64,000 bases of DNA from Candidatus Multivorans sp. (GTDB taxonomy: Bacteria; Acidobacteriota; Thermoanaerobaculia; Multivoradales; Multivoraceae), in assembly GCA_965238135.1 (NCBI GenBank), contig OZ250177.1, positions 541,744-605,743 on the forward strand, read 5' to 3'. A program made the translations under genes and the position numbers. This document shows positions 8,528-17,471 of the stretch, one piece after another (positions within the stretch are counted from its first letter, which is position 1; the number at the start of each line of letters is the position of its first letter). Below the pieces are notes generated by a model. That model saw only the letters and a list, made by a program, of their open reading frames with translations. It was not told the origin of the DNA and ran no database searches.

Positions 8528-11500
8528 ATGAGTTGGACGTTTGGTCGCGCGGCATTGCGTGTGGCGGCGGGCTGCGTGTTGGTCTTTGGGGGGACAGGGC
8601 TTGCGTTCGGGCAGATCGTGATCAACGAGTTCATCCAGGACCCGACCCAGGTCAACGACAACGCCGGAGAGTGGTTGGAGCTGTACAACGCGGGCGGTAC
8701 GCGGGTCGACATCAATGGCTGGAAGCTCGATGACGACGCCACGCTGACCGGAGACCACACGATAAACAACGGCGGAAGCCTGTGGATCGAGATCGGTGGC
8801 TACCTGGTCCTGGGAATCAACGACGACACTGGGACCAACGGCGGCGTGACGGTCCACTACGAGTGGAGCAGCTTCGGTCTGACCCAAGGCTCGGACAAGA
8901 TCATCCTGCTCAACGCCACGAACGCCGTGCAGGACCGGGTCGAGTACGACGACGGCGCCACCTTCCCGGACGCCAGCGGCGCTGCCGCGGCCCTCAGGAG
9001 CCCGGACCTGCCCAACGACGTGGGCCGCAATTGGTGCGAGGCGACGACGCCCTACGGCGACGGTGACAAGGGCACCCCCGGCGCCGCGAACGACTGTCCG
9101 CCTTTGATCCCCTCAATCGACTGTTCCGGTGGGGTTGCAATTCACGTGATTCAGGGCAGCGGCGCCGCTAGCCCCTGTACGGAGCAAGACGGGATGGCAA
9201 CCACGAACGACAACATCGTCACCGCGGTCGGTGCCGGTGGCTTCTTCATCCAGACGCCGACGGCGAGCAGCGACAACGATGTCGACACGTCGGACGGCAT
9301 CTTCGTCCTGTACGACGGTACGACGATGATCAACGTCGGCGACCAGGTAGATGTCACCGGAACGGTCGAGGAGTTCTTCGCCTTCACGCGGATCGATGCG
9401 ACTACGTCGGTTACCGACGCCTCGGTGACGATCGATGCCAGCAACCAGACGTTGCCCGCGCCGGTCGAGTTCGGCGCGACGGTGCCTTCGCCCGACCCCG
9501 CCAGTCCAAGTTGTGCGATCGAATACGAGTGCTACGAGGGCATGCGGATTCGGGTCGCGACGGGCACGACAAGCACGCCGAGCCAGTCCTTCGGGGGGAG
9601 GCAGCCGGACCCGGTGGCCGAGATGTTCGTCACCCCGACCTCGTCACGAGCTTTTCGCGAAAAGGGCGTCGAGTACCCGGGTTTGACCTCAAATCCCGGT
9701 ATTCCGGTGTGGGACGGCAATCCGGAGCTGTTCGAACTGGACCCCGACAAGCTGGGGCTGCCGAACGCGTCCTGGGTTCCGGGGACGACGTTCTCCGCCA
9801 CCGGTGTGCTTGGCTATGACTTCGGCGACTATGAGATTTGGCCGACCGAACTGAGGCGCCTCACCGCGGCGCCTCCGCTGCCGCATCCGGTGCGAGTGAG
9901 AACAGCGGGTGAGGTCTCTGTCGGCTCGCTGAACATGTTGAACCTGAATGACGAATCGTCGAACTACAACACCAAGCTCAGCAAGCTGTCGCGCTACGTC
10001 CGTCAGGTGCTCAGGTCGCCCGACATCCTCGGAGTGCAGGAGGTGAACACGATCACGGCGCTCACGGGCCTCGCCGCCAAGATCCGGGCGGACGATCCGA
10101 GCGTCAACTACGCCGCCTACCTGGAGGAAGGGCCAATAGCCGACAGAATTGACGTCGGCTTCCTCGTGCGCTCGGGGGTTACTGTCCAATCGGTGACCCA
10201 GCTCAACAAGACCGAGACCTTCCTCAACCCGACGACGAACATGAACGATATCCTGAACGACCGGCCACCGTTGCTGCTGGAGGCGGCCGTTGAGGGCATT
10301 GAATTCTCGGTCCTCGTCATCCACAACCGCTCGCTTAGAACCTTCGAGACCGAGCGAGTCCAGGCGAAGAGACTGGCGCAGGCGCAGTCCGTCGCCCGCA
10401 TCGCGCAGTCGCGCCAGAGCTCGAAGCTGGTCATCGTGGGGGACTACAACGCGTACCAGTTCACCGATGGCTACGTCGACGTTGTGGGCCAGATCTCCGG
10501 CAACGTGACGCCGAGCGAGAACCTTCGCTCAGGACCGGATCTGGTCACCCCGAATCTCGTCAATCTGATTGACCGTGTGCCCGAACCGCAGCGCTACTCC
10601 TACATCTTCGAAAACAACATGCAGGTGCTCGACCACGCTCTCGTGAACCAGGAGATGGTTGGAAGCGTCGTCGGGATCACCTATGCCCGCGGCAATGCGG
10701 ACGCCCGCCGCTCAGTGGAGGAGGACAATCCGGACTCGGCTCTATTCGCTTCCGACCACGACGGTTTCGTGGTCTATCTGTCGGCGCCGGGGAATCCCGC
10801 TCCGCCGGCCAGTATCAATCCGGACATCGGCGGTGGCGGCGAGCCCGAGCCGGATCCCGAGGCCGACCTCGACCTCGACGCGGAGAGCCAGATCGTCTCG
10901 GCGAGCAAGGTCCGGTACAGCGTCAACGTCGAGAACGCCGGGCCGGGTACCGCTCGGAACGTCGTGGTCACGAGTACCTTCTCAGGTGCGGCCGTCTCGG
11001 TCGTGGCGACGACCTCCGGCTGCGACGAGGATCCGGATGGTGTGCCCGACTGCACCTTGGGCGACATCGCGGCAGGCGACTCGGCCTCCTTCACCATCGA
11101 TGTCGATACCGGTGGGGCAAGCGAATCCTCGCTCAGGTACAACGGTTCCGCCGGCAGCGACACGACGGACCCGGCGCCCACGGACGATGACGACTCCGTC
11201 GTTCAGCCGCTTGGGCCGCCGAACGCGCCGTCCGATCTCACCGCGACCGCGATCAGCTCGACGGCGATCGAGGTCCGCTGGCGGGACAACTCGCGCGTGG
11301 AGACCCAGTTCGATGTCTTCTTGCAAGGTCCGGGCGACCCCAGGCCGCGGTTGTTCGGGTCCGTGCCGGCGAACAGGACATCTCTGGTCGTCGACGACTT
11401 GGTGCCAAGCGTCACGTACGACTTCGCGGTCGAGGCGCGGAACGGGCTGCTCCGCTCCGGGCGGACGCCGACGTCGACCGCGACCACGTGGGACGAGGCG

Positions 11501-12952
11501 GATCTGCGCATTGAGGCGGAAGGCCTGATCGTCTCGGAGGAGCTCGTCCGCTACACCGTCAGCGTCAGCAACGCAGGTCCCGAAGATGCAGCGACTGTCG
11601 TCGTGACCAGTGCTCTGATGGCGGCGGAAGGCGCTTTCGAGACTTCGACGTCCGGCTGTCGCGAGGATCCGGGTGGGGTGCCGGAGTGCAGTCTGGACGA
11701 CATCGACGTCGGAGAGTCGGAGTCGTTCACGATCGATGTCCGGATCGAGGCGGCGAGCCGGAACTCGCTCACGTACGGCGGCGCTATCGGCGACGCGGCG
11801 GATCCGAGAACTGACGCACGCATGGTCGAGATGACACTGCCTCTTGGTCGGCCCGAAGCGCCGTCCCATCTCGAGGCCTCCGCGGTCGGCGGGATGGAGG
11901 TCGAACTCCGGTGGCGGGACAACTCGGACAGAGAGACGGGATTCGGCGTCTTCCTGCAGGGACCGGGCGACTTGAAGCTGAGGATGATCGGAACGGCGCC
12001 GGCGAACACGACCTCAATGGTCGTCAACGAACTCGTACCGACCGTCACCTACAGCTTCGCCGTGGAGGCTCTGAACGGAGCGCTTCGTTCGGAGCGCACG
12101 CCCGAGGCCACGGCGACCACCTGGACCGCGGATGCGGCCCGATGCGGCGAAGAGGACGCTCTGTGCGTCGGGGCTTTTCAGGTGGAGGTCGAGTGGGACG
12201 ACGGCAAGGGCCGGATGGGGCGGGGATTCGCCGAGCGCCTGACGGCGGATGCCGGAGACTTCTGGTTCTTCCATCCCGCCAACATCGAGCTCGTGGTCAA
12301 GGTGCTGAATGGCTGCGCGATGAACGACCACTACTGGGTCTACGCCGCCGGCTTGACGGATGTTGGAGTGACGATGACGGTGCGCGATCTCCGTAACGGC
12401 GTCGAGAAGAGCTGGACGAACCCCCTCGGCAGGCGGTTCAGGCCGATCACGGATTCCTTGGCGTTCGCCACCTGCGACAGCGGACCGAGCGTGACCACTC
12501 AGAGCCGGAGCGTGCTGAGCGGCGCCCCGCGGGGCCGGGGCGAAGAGCTGTACGAGGCCAGCCTGAGCGCTGCCGACCTGATCGACTCGGCCAGCAGTGC
12601 TTGCACTGCGGGCGACGCGACCCTCTGCCTGATGGGCTCACGTTTCGAAGTGCGGGCCGACTGGGAAGTCGGTGGTCAAAGCGGCTTCGCAACCGCCATT
12701 CCGCGCACCCCGGATACGGGGATGTTCTGGTTCTTCAGCTCGGACAACGTCGAGCTGGTGGTCAAGGTGCTCGACGGCTGTCGAGAGAACGGTTACCGAT
12801 GGGTGCTCATGGGTGGCTTGACCGACGTTGGAGTGGAGGTAACGGTGACCGACAGCGAGTCGGGCAAGGCGAAGATGTACCGGAATCTCGAGGGGACGCC
12901 GTTTGCGACGATGTTCGACGTGACCGCCTTTGCCTGCAGCGCGGGGCCGTAG
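8528..12952 (+). CDS. Secreted multidomain extracellular nuclease: signal peptide, lamin-tail domain (LTD), EEP-family nuclease domain, two DUF11-like + FN3 modules, and two copies of a C-terminal Cys-containing domain of unknown function
   Basis: GGGGGG RBS then ATG. Signal peptide ALRVAAGCVLVFGGTGLAFGQ. LTD motif IVINEFIQDP...GEWLELYN...VDINGWKLDD. Endonuclease/exonuclease/phosphatase motifs (VGSLNMLNLND..., GVQEVNT, VIVGDYNAYQF, SDHDGFVV). Duplicated DUF11-like units (VRYSVNVENAGPGTARNVVVTS..., VRYTVSVSNAGPEDAATVVVTS...), each followed by an FN3 (IEVRWRDNS...TYDFAVEA). Two ~115-aa C-terminal repeats with four conserved Cys (C...LC...FWFF...VELVVKVL(N/D)GC...). Architecture resembles ExeM/NucH-type extracellular nucleases. 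Confidence 0.8.
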   Translation: MSWTFGRAALRVAAGCVLVFGGTGLAFGQIVINEFIQDPTQVNDNAGEWLELYNAGGTRVDINGWKLDDDATLTGDHTINNGGSLWIEIGGYLVLGINDDTGTNGGVTVHYEWSSFGLTQGSDKIILLNATNAVQDRVEYDDGATFPDASGAAAALRSPDLPNDVGRNWCEATTPYGDGDKGTPGAANDCPPLIPSIDCSGGVAIHVIQGSGAASPCTEQDGMATTNDNIVTAVGAGGFFIQTPTASSDNDVDTSDGIFVLYDGTTMINVGDQVDVTGTVEEFFAFTRIDATTSVTDASVTIDASNQTLPAPVEFGATVPSPDPASPSCAIEYECYEGMRIRVATGTTSTPSQSFGGRQPDPVAEMFVTPTSSRAFREKGVEYPGLTSNPGIPVWDGNPELFELDPDKLGLPNASWVPGTTFSATGVLGYDFGDYEIWPTELRRLTAAPPLPHPVRVRTAGEVSVGSLNMLNLNDESSNYNTKLSKLSRYVRQVLRSPDILGVQEVNTITALTGLAAKIRADDPSVNYAAYLEEGPIADRIDVGFLVRSGVTVQSVTQLNKTETFLNPTTNMNDILNDRPPLLLEAAVEGIEFSVLVIHNRSLRTFETERVQAKRLAQAQSVARIAQSRQSSKLVIVGDYNAYQFTDGYVDVVGQISGNVTPSENLRSGPDLVTPNLVNLIDRVPEPQRYSYIFENNMQVLDHALVNQEMVGSVVGITYARGNADARRSVEEDNPDSALFASDHDGFVVYLSAPGNPAPPASINPDIGGGGEPEPDPEADLDLDAESQIVSASKVRYSVNVENAGPGTARNVVVTSTFSGAAVSVVATTSGCDEDPDGVPDCTLGDIAAGDSASFTIDVDTGGASESSLRYNGSAGSDTTDPAPTDDDDSVVQPLGPPNAPSDLTATAISSTAIEVRWRDNSRVETQFDVFLQGPGDPRPRLFGSVPANRTSLVVDDLVPSVTYDFAVEARNGLLRSGRTPTSTATTWDEADLRIEAEGLIVSEELVRYTVSVSNAGPEDAATVVVTSALMAAEGAFETSTSGCREDPGGVPECSLDDIDVGESESFTIDVRIEAASRNSLTYGGAIGDAADPRTDARMVEMTLPLGRPEAPSHLEASAVGGMEVELRWRDNSDRETGFGVFLQGPGDLKLRMIGTAPANTTSMVVNELVPTVTYSFAVEALNGALRSERTPEATATTWTADAARCGEEDALCVGAFQVEVEWDDGKGRMGRGFAERLTADAGDFWFFHPANIELVVKVLNGCAMNDHYWVYAAGLTDVGVTMTVRDLRNGVEKSWTNPLGRRFRPITDSLAFATCDSGPSVTTQSRSVLSGAPRGRGEELYEASLSAADLIDSASSACTAGDATLCLMGSRFEVRADWEVGGQSGFATAIPRTPDTGMFWFFSSDNVELVVKVLDGCRENGYRWVLMGGLTDVGVEVTVTDSESGKAKMYRNLEGTPFATMFDVTAFACSAGP

Positions 12953-13095
12953 CCGGCGCCGCTACTCCGGCGTGTACCAGATCGGCGACGTGTAGGCGCG
13001 CTGCCGGGTGACCATGTAGCCGGGGGCCCGGTGGGCTATCGTCGGCCGGTCGAAGGCGGCGGAGTCGCGCCGCATGGAACGCGGAGGCAGGTCAC

Positions 13096-14145
13096 ATGGG
13101 TGAAGGCGGGAACGTGTTGAAGGCGGTTCAACTGGGGCGGAAGTGCGGGCTCCGGGTGTCGGAGTTGTGCCTGGGGACGATGAACTTCGGCGAGCCGGGC
13201 CGGGGTCACCAGGGTGACTGGACGCTCGACCTGGACGCTTCGCGCCCGATCTTCCAGGCGGCGATCGAGCACGGGTTGTTCTACTTCGACTGCGCCGACA
13301 TCTACGGCATCGGCGCCTGCGAGCGACTCGTGGGTTCGCTCCTGCGCGAGCTGCTGCCGCGCGACGAGTACGTCCTCTCGACCAAGGTGTCGATGCCGAT
13401 GGGCAGGTCGCCGAACCAGGGCGGCCTGTCGCGCAAGCACATCATGGAAGGGGTCGACGGCTGTCTGAAGCGTCTCGGTCTCGACTATGTGGACCAGTTG
13501 ATCATCCACCGCCATCCGCACGGGATTCCAGGTCAGGTGCGGGCGCCGATCGAGGAGACGATGGAGGCCCTGCACGACGTGGTGAAGGCCGGCAAGGCGC
13601 TGTACCTGGGCGCCTCGTCCATGTACGCGTGGCAGTTCGTGGAGCTCCAGATGACGGCGCGGCACAACGGCTGGACCGAGTTCGTCTCGATGCAGAACCA
13701 CTACAACCTGGTGTACCGCGAGGAGGAGCGGGAGATGAACCCGTACTGCGCCCGAACCGGCGTGGCGCTCACGCCGTGGTCACCGCTTGCGCGCGGCATC
13801 CTCACCGGTTCCTACAAGGGCAGCTTCGATGAGGGCGGCACCGACCGCTCGAAGGGCGGCGACCGGGTGCGCACGGAAGGCCTGTACCGCGGCGCCGCCA
13901 CGTTCGACATCGCCGACCGCGTGGTCGAGGTGGCGAAGAAGTACGGCCGCACGCCGGCGCAGATTTCGCTTGCCTGGCTGGTGAACAAACCCGAGGTCTG
14001 CGCGCCGGTGGTGGGCGTGTCGAAGGTCGGCCAGTTGGAGCAACTCGTCGAGGCGACGAAGATCGAGCTCGACGCGGAAGATGTGGCCTACATGGAGGAG
14101 CTGTACCAGCCGGTGGAGAACCTGCTGGCGCTCGGCCACTCCTGA
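13096..14145 (+). CDS. Aldo/keto reductase family oxidoreductase
   Basis: N-terminal LRVSELCLGTMNFG and ...DCADIYG...E..VG motifs; typical AKR (Kv-beta/YajO-like) length and conservation. Start may be the GTG a few codons downstream. Confidence 0.8.
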   Translation: MGEGGNVLKAVQLGRKCGLRVSELCLGTMNFGEPGRGHQGDWTLDLDASRPIFQAAIEHGLFYFDCADIYGIGACERLVGSLLRELLPRDEYVLSTKVSMPMGRSPNQGGLSRKHIMEGVDGCLKRLGLDYVDQLIIHRHPHGIPGQVRAPIEETMEALHDVVKAGKALYLGASSMYAWQFVELQMTARHNGWTEFVSMQNHYNLVYREEEREMNPYCARTGVALTPWSPLARGILTGSYKGSFDEGGTDRSKGGDRVRTEGLYRGAATFDIADRVVEVAKKYGRTPAQISLAWLVNKPEVCAPVVGVSKVGQLEQLVEATKIELDAEDVAYMEELYQPVENLLALGHS

Positions 14146-14251
14146 GGGGTTTGTGGCCGCGCGCCGCGCCCGCTGCCGCGACGACAGCACGGCGCCTCAG
14201 CCCAGGCGCTATCATCGGCACCGATCTTCGCACTCAAAGGGGGAACCCCGG

Positions 14252-16108
14252 TTGCAGCATCGCGCCCTTCCTGGATTTCGCACGGCAGCGGTGGCCGCCT
14301 GCGCGCTTTCGCTCGCGGCGCCGGCCCTCGGCGCGCCGGTCGACTCCGCGCTGCACGCCTGGATCGGCGACCTGGAACCTCTCGCTGAAGCGGAGTTCGG
14401 CTACGAGCAGGCGGCGCATCTCCTGGAACGCGCCGGTTTCGGCGGCACGCCGGCGCAGATCGAGGAACTCGTCTCCCTGGGCCTCGAGGGTGCGGTCACG
14501 AGACTCGTGGACTACGAGCAGGTAGACGACTCCGATCTTCCGCCCTTCGACGAATCGGGGATCTGGGACAGGGGGATGGACCCGTTCCCGGCCAGCCGCG
14601 CCCAGGCGGTGCGGATCGGGCGCCGGGACGGAAGGGCGCTGGGCGTCGATGTGCTGGCCGAAGGGTCCTCGCGTCCGGTGCAACCCGTGGTCGACAAGTT
14701 CTTCTACGGTCTGCGCAGCAACGTGCTGGAAACGCGGCGGCTGGCGTTGTGGTGGGGCAAGCGCATGGTCACCACACCGCGGCCGCTCGAAGAGAAGATG
14801 ACCCTCTTCTGGCACGACCACTTCGCGACCTCGGAGGTCAAGGTCCGCGACGTCCGGAAGATGGCCCTGCAGAACCGGACCCTGCGCGCCCACGCCACCG
14901 GCGACTTCCGCAGTTTGGTGCTCGCGGTCATGCGCGACCCGGCGATGCTCGTCTACCTGGACAACCGGGAGAACGTAAAGGACCACCCGAACGAGAACTT
15001 CGGCCGCGAACTGCTCGAACTGTTCACGATGGGCCTGAACAACCTGGGAAACGCGAGCAACTACACCGAGCAGGACATCCGGGAGGCTTCGCGGGCGTTC
15101 ACCGGCTGGACCAACGACGTGCTCGACTTCCGGTTCGACGCCGAACTCCACGACGACGGCGCCAAGACCTTCCTGGGTCGCGAGGGCAACCTGGGCGGCG
15201 AGGACGTGCTCGACACCATCCTCGAGCAGCCGGCAACCGGCGAGTTCATCGCCGGCAAGCTCTTCCGCTACTTGGTGCGCGCGGATTTGGCGCCCGCGCT
15301 CCAGGCGGAACTGGGGCGTCGCCTGCGGGAATCCGGATACGAGTTGAAGGCTCTGCTGCGCACGATCCTCTCGTCGCGCGACTTCTACAGTCCGCCGTCG
15401 GTCGCGACGCAGATCAAGAGTCCGGTCCAGCTTGTCGTCTCGACCTACCGGAAACTCGGCGCCCCGACCGCGCCCACAGTGCCGGACATGAACAGTCTGA
15501 CCGGCCGTCTGGGGCAACAGTTGCTCTACCCGCCGAACGTCGCCGGCTGGGCGGGCGGACGGACCTGGATCACGCCGGCGACGCTGCTCGAACGGGGCAA
15601 CGCGATGCGCTCCGTGCTCTTCCCGCCCAGTCTCGAAGAGTTCGGACACCCGGACCGGCGCATGCCGGGCATCTACCGGCAGGTCGGCGAGCGGTTGGCG
15701 CAGGGCATGACGATCACGGCGGCGACGAAGCAGGGCGATGCGGCCTCGAACGCGATGGCCGACGCCGACGAGGAGTACAACACGCGGTACGGCGGCTACC
15801 GCGGCTACGCGATGGCGTACGAACGGGTCAAGTTGGTCCCGCGTCACGTCCTCGACGTCGACCTGCGCGCCATGGTGCTGGCGGCGGGAGCGACCGACGC
15901 GGAGGGGGCGGTCGACCATCTGCTGCGCCGGTTCCTGCGCGTGCCGGTGACCGAGCCGGGCCGCCGGGCGTTGGTGGACTACCTTGCCGCGGAACTGGAT
16001 TCGATCGCGCTGGACGAAGAAGCCGAGGGAGCGCCGGGGAAGGTGGAGAAGGCGCTCCGTTCGACGCTCTACCTGGTCTTCAGTTCGCCGGAGTACCAGT
16101 TGGGCTGA
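14252..16108 (+). CDS. DUF1800 domain-containing protein (secreted)
   Basis: TTG start 7 nt after an AAGGGGGA RBS. Signal peptide FRTAAVAACALSLAAPALGAP. Conserved WHDHFATS motif typical of DUF1800. The track start at 14081 is too far upstream and has no RBS. Confidence 0.75.
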   Translation: MQHRALPGFRTAAVAACALSLAAPALGAPVDSALHAWIGDLEPLAEAEFGYEQAAHLLERAGFGGTPAQIEELVSLGLEGAVTRLVDYEQVDDSDLPPFDESGIWDRGMDPFPASRAQAVRIGRRDGRALGVDVLAEGSSRPVQPVVDKFFYGLRSNVLETRRLALWWGKRMVTTPRPLEEKMTLFWHDHFATSEVKVRDVRKMALQNRTLRAHATGDFRSLVLAVMRDPAMLVYLDNRENVKDHPNENFGRELLELFTMGLNNLGNASNYTEQDIREASRAFTGWTNDVLDFRFDAELHDDGAKTFLGREGNLGGEDVLDTILEQPATGEFIAGKLFRYLVRADLAPALQAELGRRLRESGYELKALLRTILSSRDFYSPPSVATQIKSPVQLVVSTYRKLGAPTAPTVPDMNSLTGRLGQQLLYPPNVAGWAGGRTWITPATLLERGNAMRSVLFPPSLEEFGHPDRRMPGIYRQVGERLAQGMTITAATKQGDAASNAMADADEEYNTRYGGYRGYAMAYERVKLVPRHVLDVDLRAMVLAAGATDAEGAVDHLLRRFLRVPVTEPGRRALVDYLAAELDSIALDEEAEGAPGKVEKALRSTLYLVFSSPEYQLG

Positions 16109-16139
16109 GGCGCCCGCAACCAGGAACCAAGGAGCCGAT

Positions 16140-17396
16140 ATGCCTGAACGACTACCCTGCGGCTGCTCGCGGCGCGACTTCCTGCGCCGGGGCCTCTACG
16201 GCATCGGCGTTGCCGCCGGTTTGCCCGCGGTACTGGGCCGCGCCTCCGCGGCGCTGGCGCTCGAGGAACTGCAGAGCGGCGTCTCGGACGCGTCGCGCCG
16301 CATCCTCGTCGTGGTCGAGCTGTCCGGCGGCAACGACGGCCTGAACACGGTCGTCCCGTTCCGCAACGACGAGTACTACCGGGTACGGCCGAACCTCGGC
16401 ATCCGCCCGAAGCGCGTGATCGGGCTCACCGAGGAGGCCGGGTTCCATCCGTCGCTGAGCGGCATGGAGCGCCTGTACAAGGAGGGGCAGATGGCGGTGG
16501 TCGAAGGCTGCGGCTACCCGAACCCCAGTCTCTCCCATTTCTCGTCGATGGGCTTCTGGCACACCGGCGTACCGAATGGCGGCGAGGCCCTCGGCTGGCT
16601 CGGCCGCTTCGCCGACGACCACGGTCCCGACGGCACCCCGAACTACATCATCAACGTCGCCCGTTCGCAGTCGCTCGCGGTGCGCGCCGCTCGCCATTCG
16701 CCCCTGGTGTTCGACGATCCGGGACGCTTGCGGCGTCAGGGTACGCCGCAGCAGAAGCGGGCGCTCGCGCAGCTCGGCAGCGACGAGGCGAGCGGCAACG
16801 ACGCCCTCGACTTCCTGCGCGGTACGGCCTCGAACGCCGCCACGAGCGCGGCTCTCGTGCGCGACGCCTGGTCGGGCTACAAGACACCGGTCGACTACGG
16901 CATAGGCGGGCTCGGCGCCGACCTGCGCAAGGTGGCGGCGCTGATCCAGGCCGAGTTGCCGACCCGCATCTACTACGTCAGCTTCCGGGGCAACTCCTTC
17001 GACACCCACGTCCACCAGGCCGACACCCACGCCCGGCTGCTCATGTACATGTCCGACGCGGTGGCCGGTTTCGTGCGCGACATCGAGCGCATGGGCCGCG
17101 CCGACGACGTGGCCGTGCTCATGTTCACCGAGTTCGGACGCCGGGTGGAGGAGAACGGGAGCCTCGGCACCGACCACGGCACCGCCGGTCCGATGTTCGT
17201 CGCCGGCAACGGTGTCGACGGCGGCTTCTACGGCGATACCCCCAGCCTCACCGACCTCGACGACGGCAACCTGAAGATGACCACCGACTTCCGGCGGGTC
17301 TACGCGTCGATGATCGAGGGTTGGATGGGCATGGACGACGCCTCGGCCATCCTCAAGGGCGAGTTCGCGGCGCTGCCGGTCTTCGGCGTGACGTAG
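16140..17396 (+). CDS. DUF1501 domain-containing protein (Tat-secreted, sulfatase/alkaline-phosphatase-like fold)
   Basis: ATG at 16140. Twin-arginine signal SRRDFLRRGLYGIGVAAGLPAV. Conserved DUF1501 C-terminal block (FTEFGRRVEENGSLGTDHGTAGPMFVAG). Canonical partner of DUF1800. Confidence 0.8.
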   Translation: MPERLPCGCSRRDFLRRGLYGIGVAAGLPAVLGRASAALALEELQSGVSDASRRILVVVELSGGNDGLNTVVPFRNDEYYRVRPNLGIRPKRVIGLTEEAGFHPSLSGMERLYKEGQMAVVEGCGYPNPSLSHFSSMGFWHTGVPNGGEALGWLGRFADDHGPDGTPNYIINVARSQSLAVRAARHSPLVFDDPGRLRRQGTPQQKRALAQLGSDEASGNDALDFLRGTASNAATSAALVRDAWSGYKTPVDYGIGGLGADLRKVAALIQAELPTRIYYVSFRGNSFDTHVHQADTHARLLMYMSDAVAGFVRDIERMGRADDVAVLMFTEFGRRVEENGSLGTDHGTAGPMFVAGNGVDGGFYGDTPSLTDLDDGNLKMTTDFRRVYASMIEGWMGMDDASAILKGEFAALPVFGVT

Positions 17397-17471
17397 AGTC
17401 GGCGTCTCAGGGATGTCTGGATACGACATGCCTGAAGTGACGCGGGACGCTACGGGAGGTCGCCTAACCAG

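Noticed and set aside
14234-15919. 561-aa minus-strand ORF and the 531-aa alternative plus frame at 14749-16344
   Set aside because: Antisense or out-of-frame readings of the DUF1800 gene. Arg/Gly/Ala-rich, no motifs.
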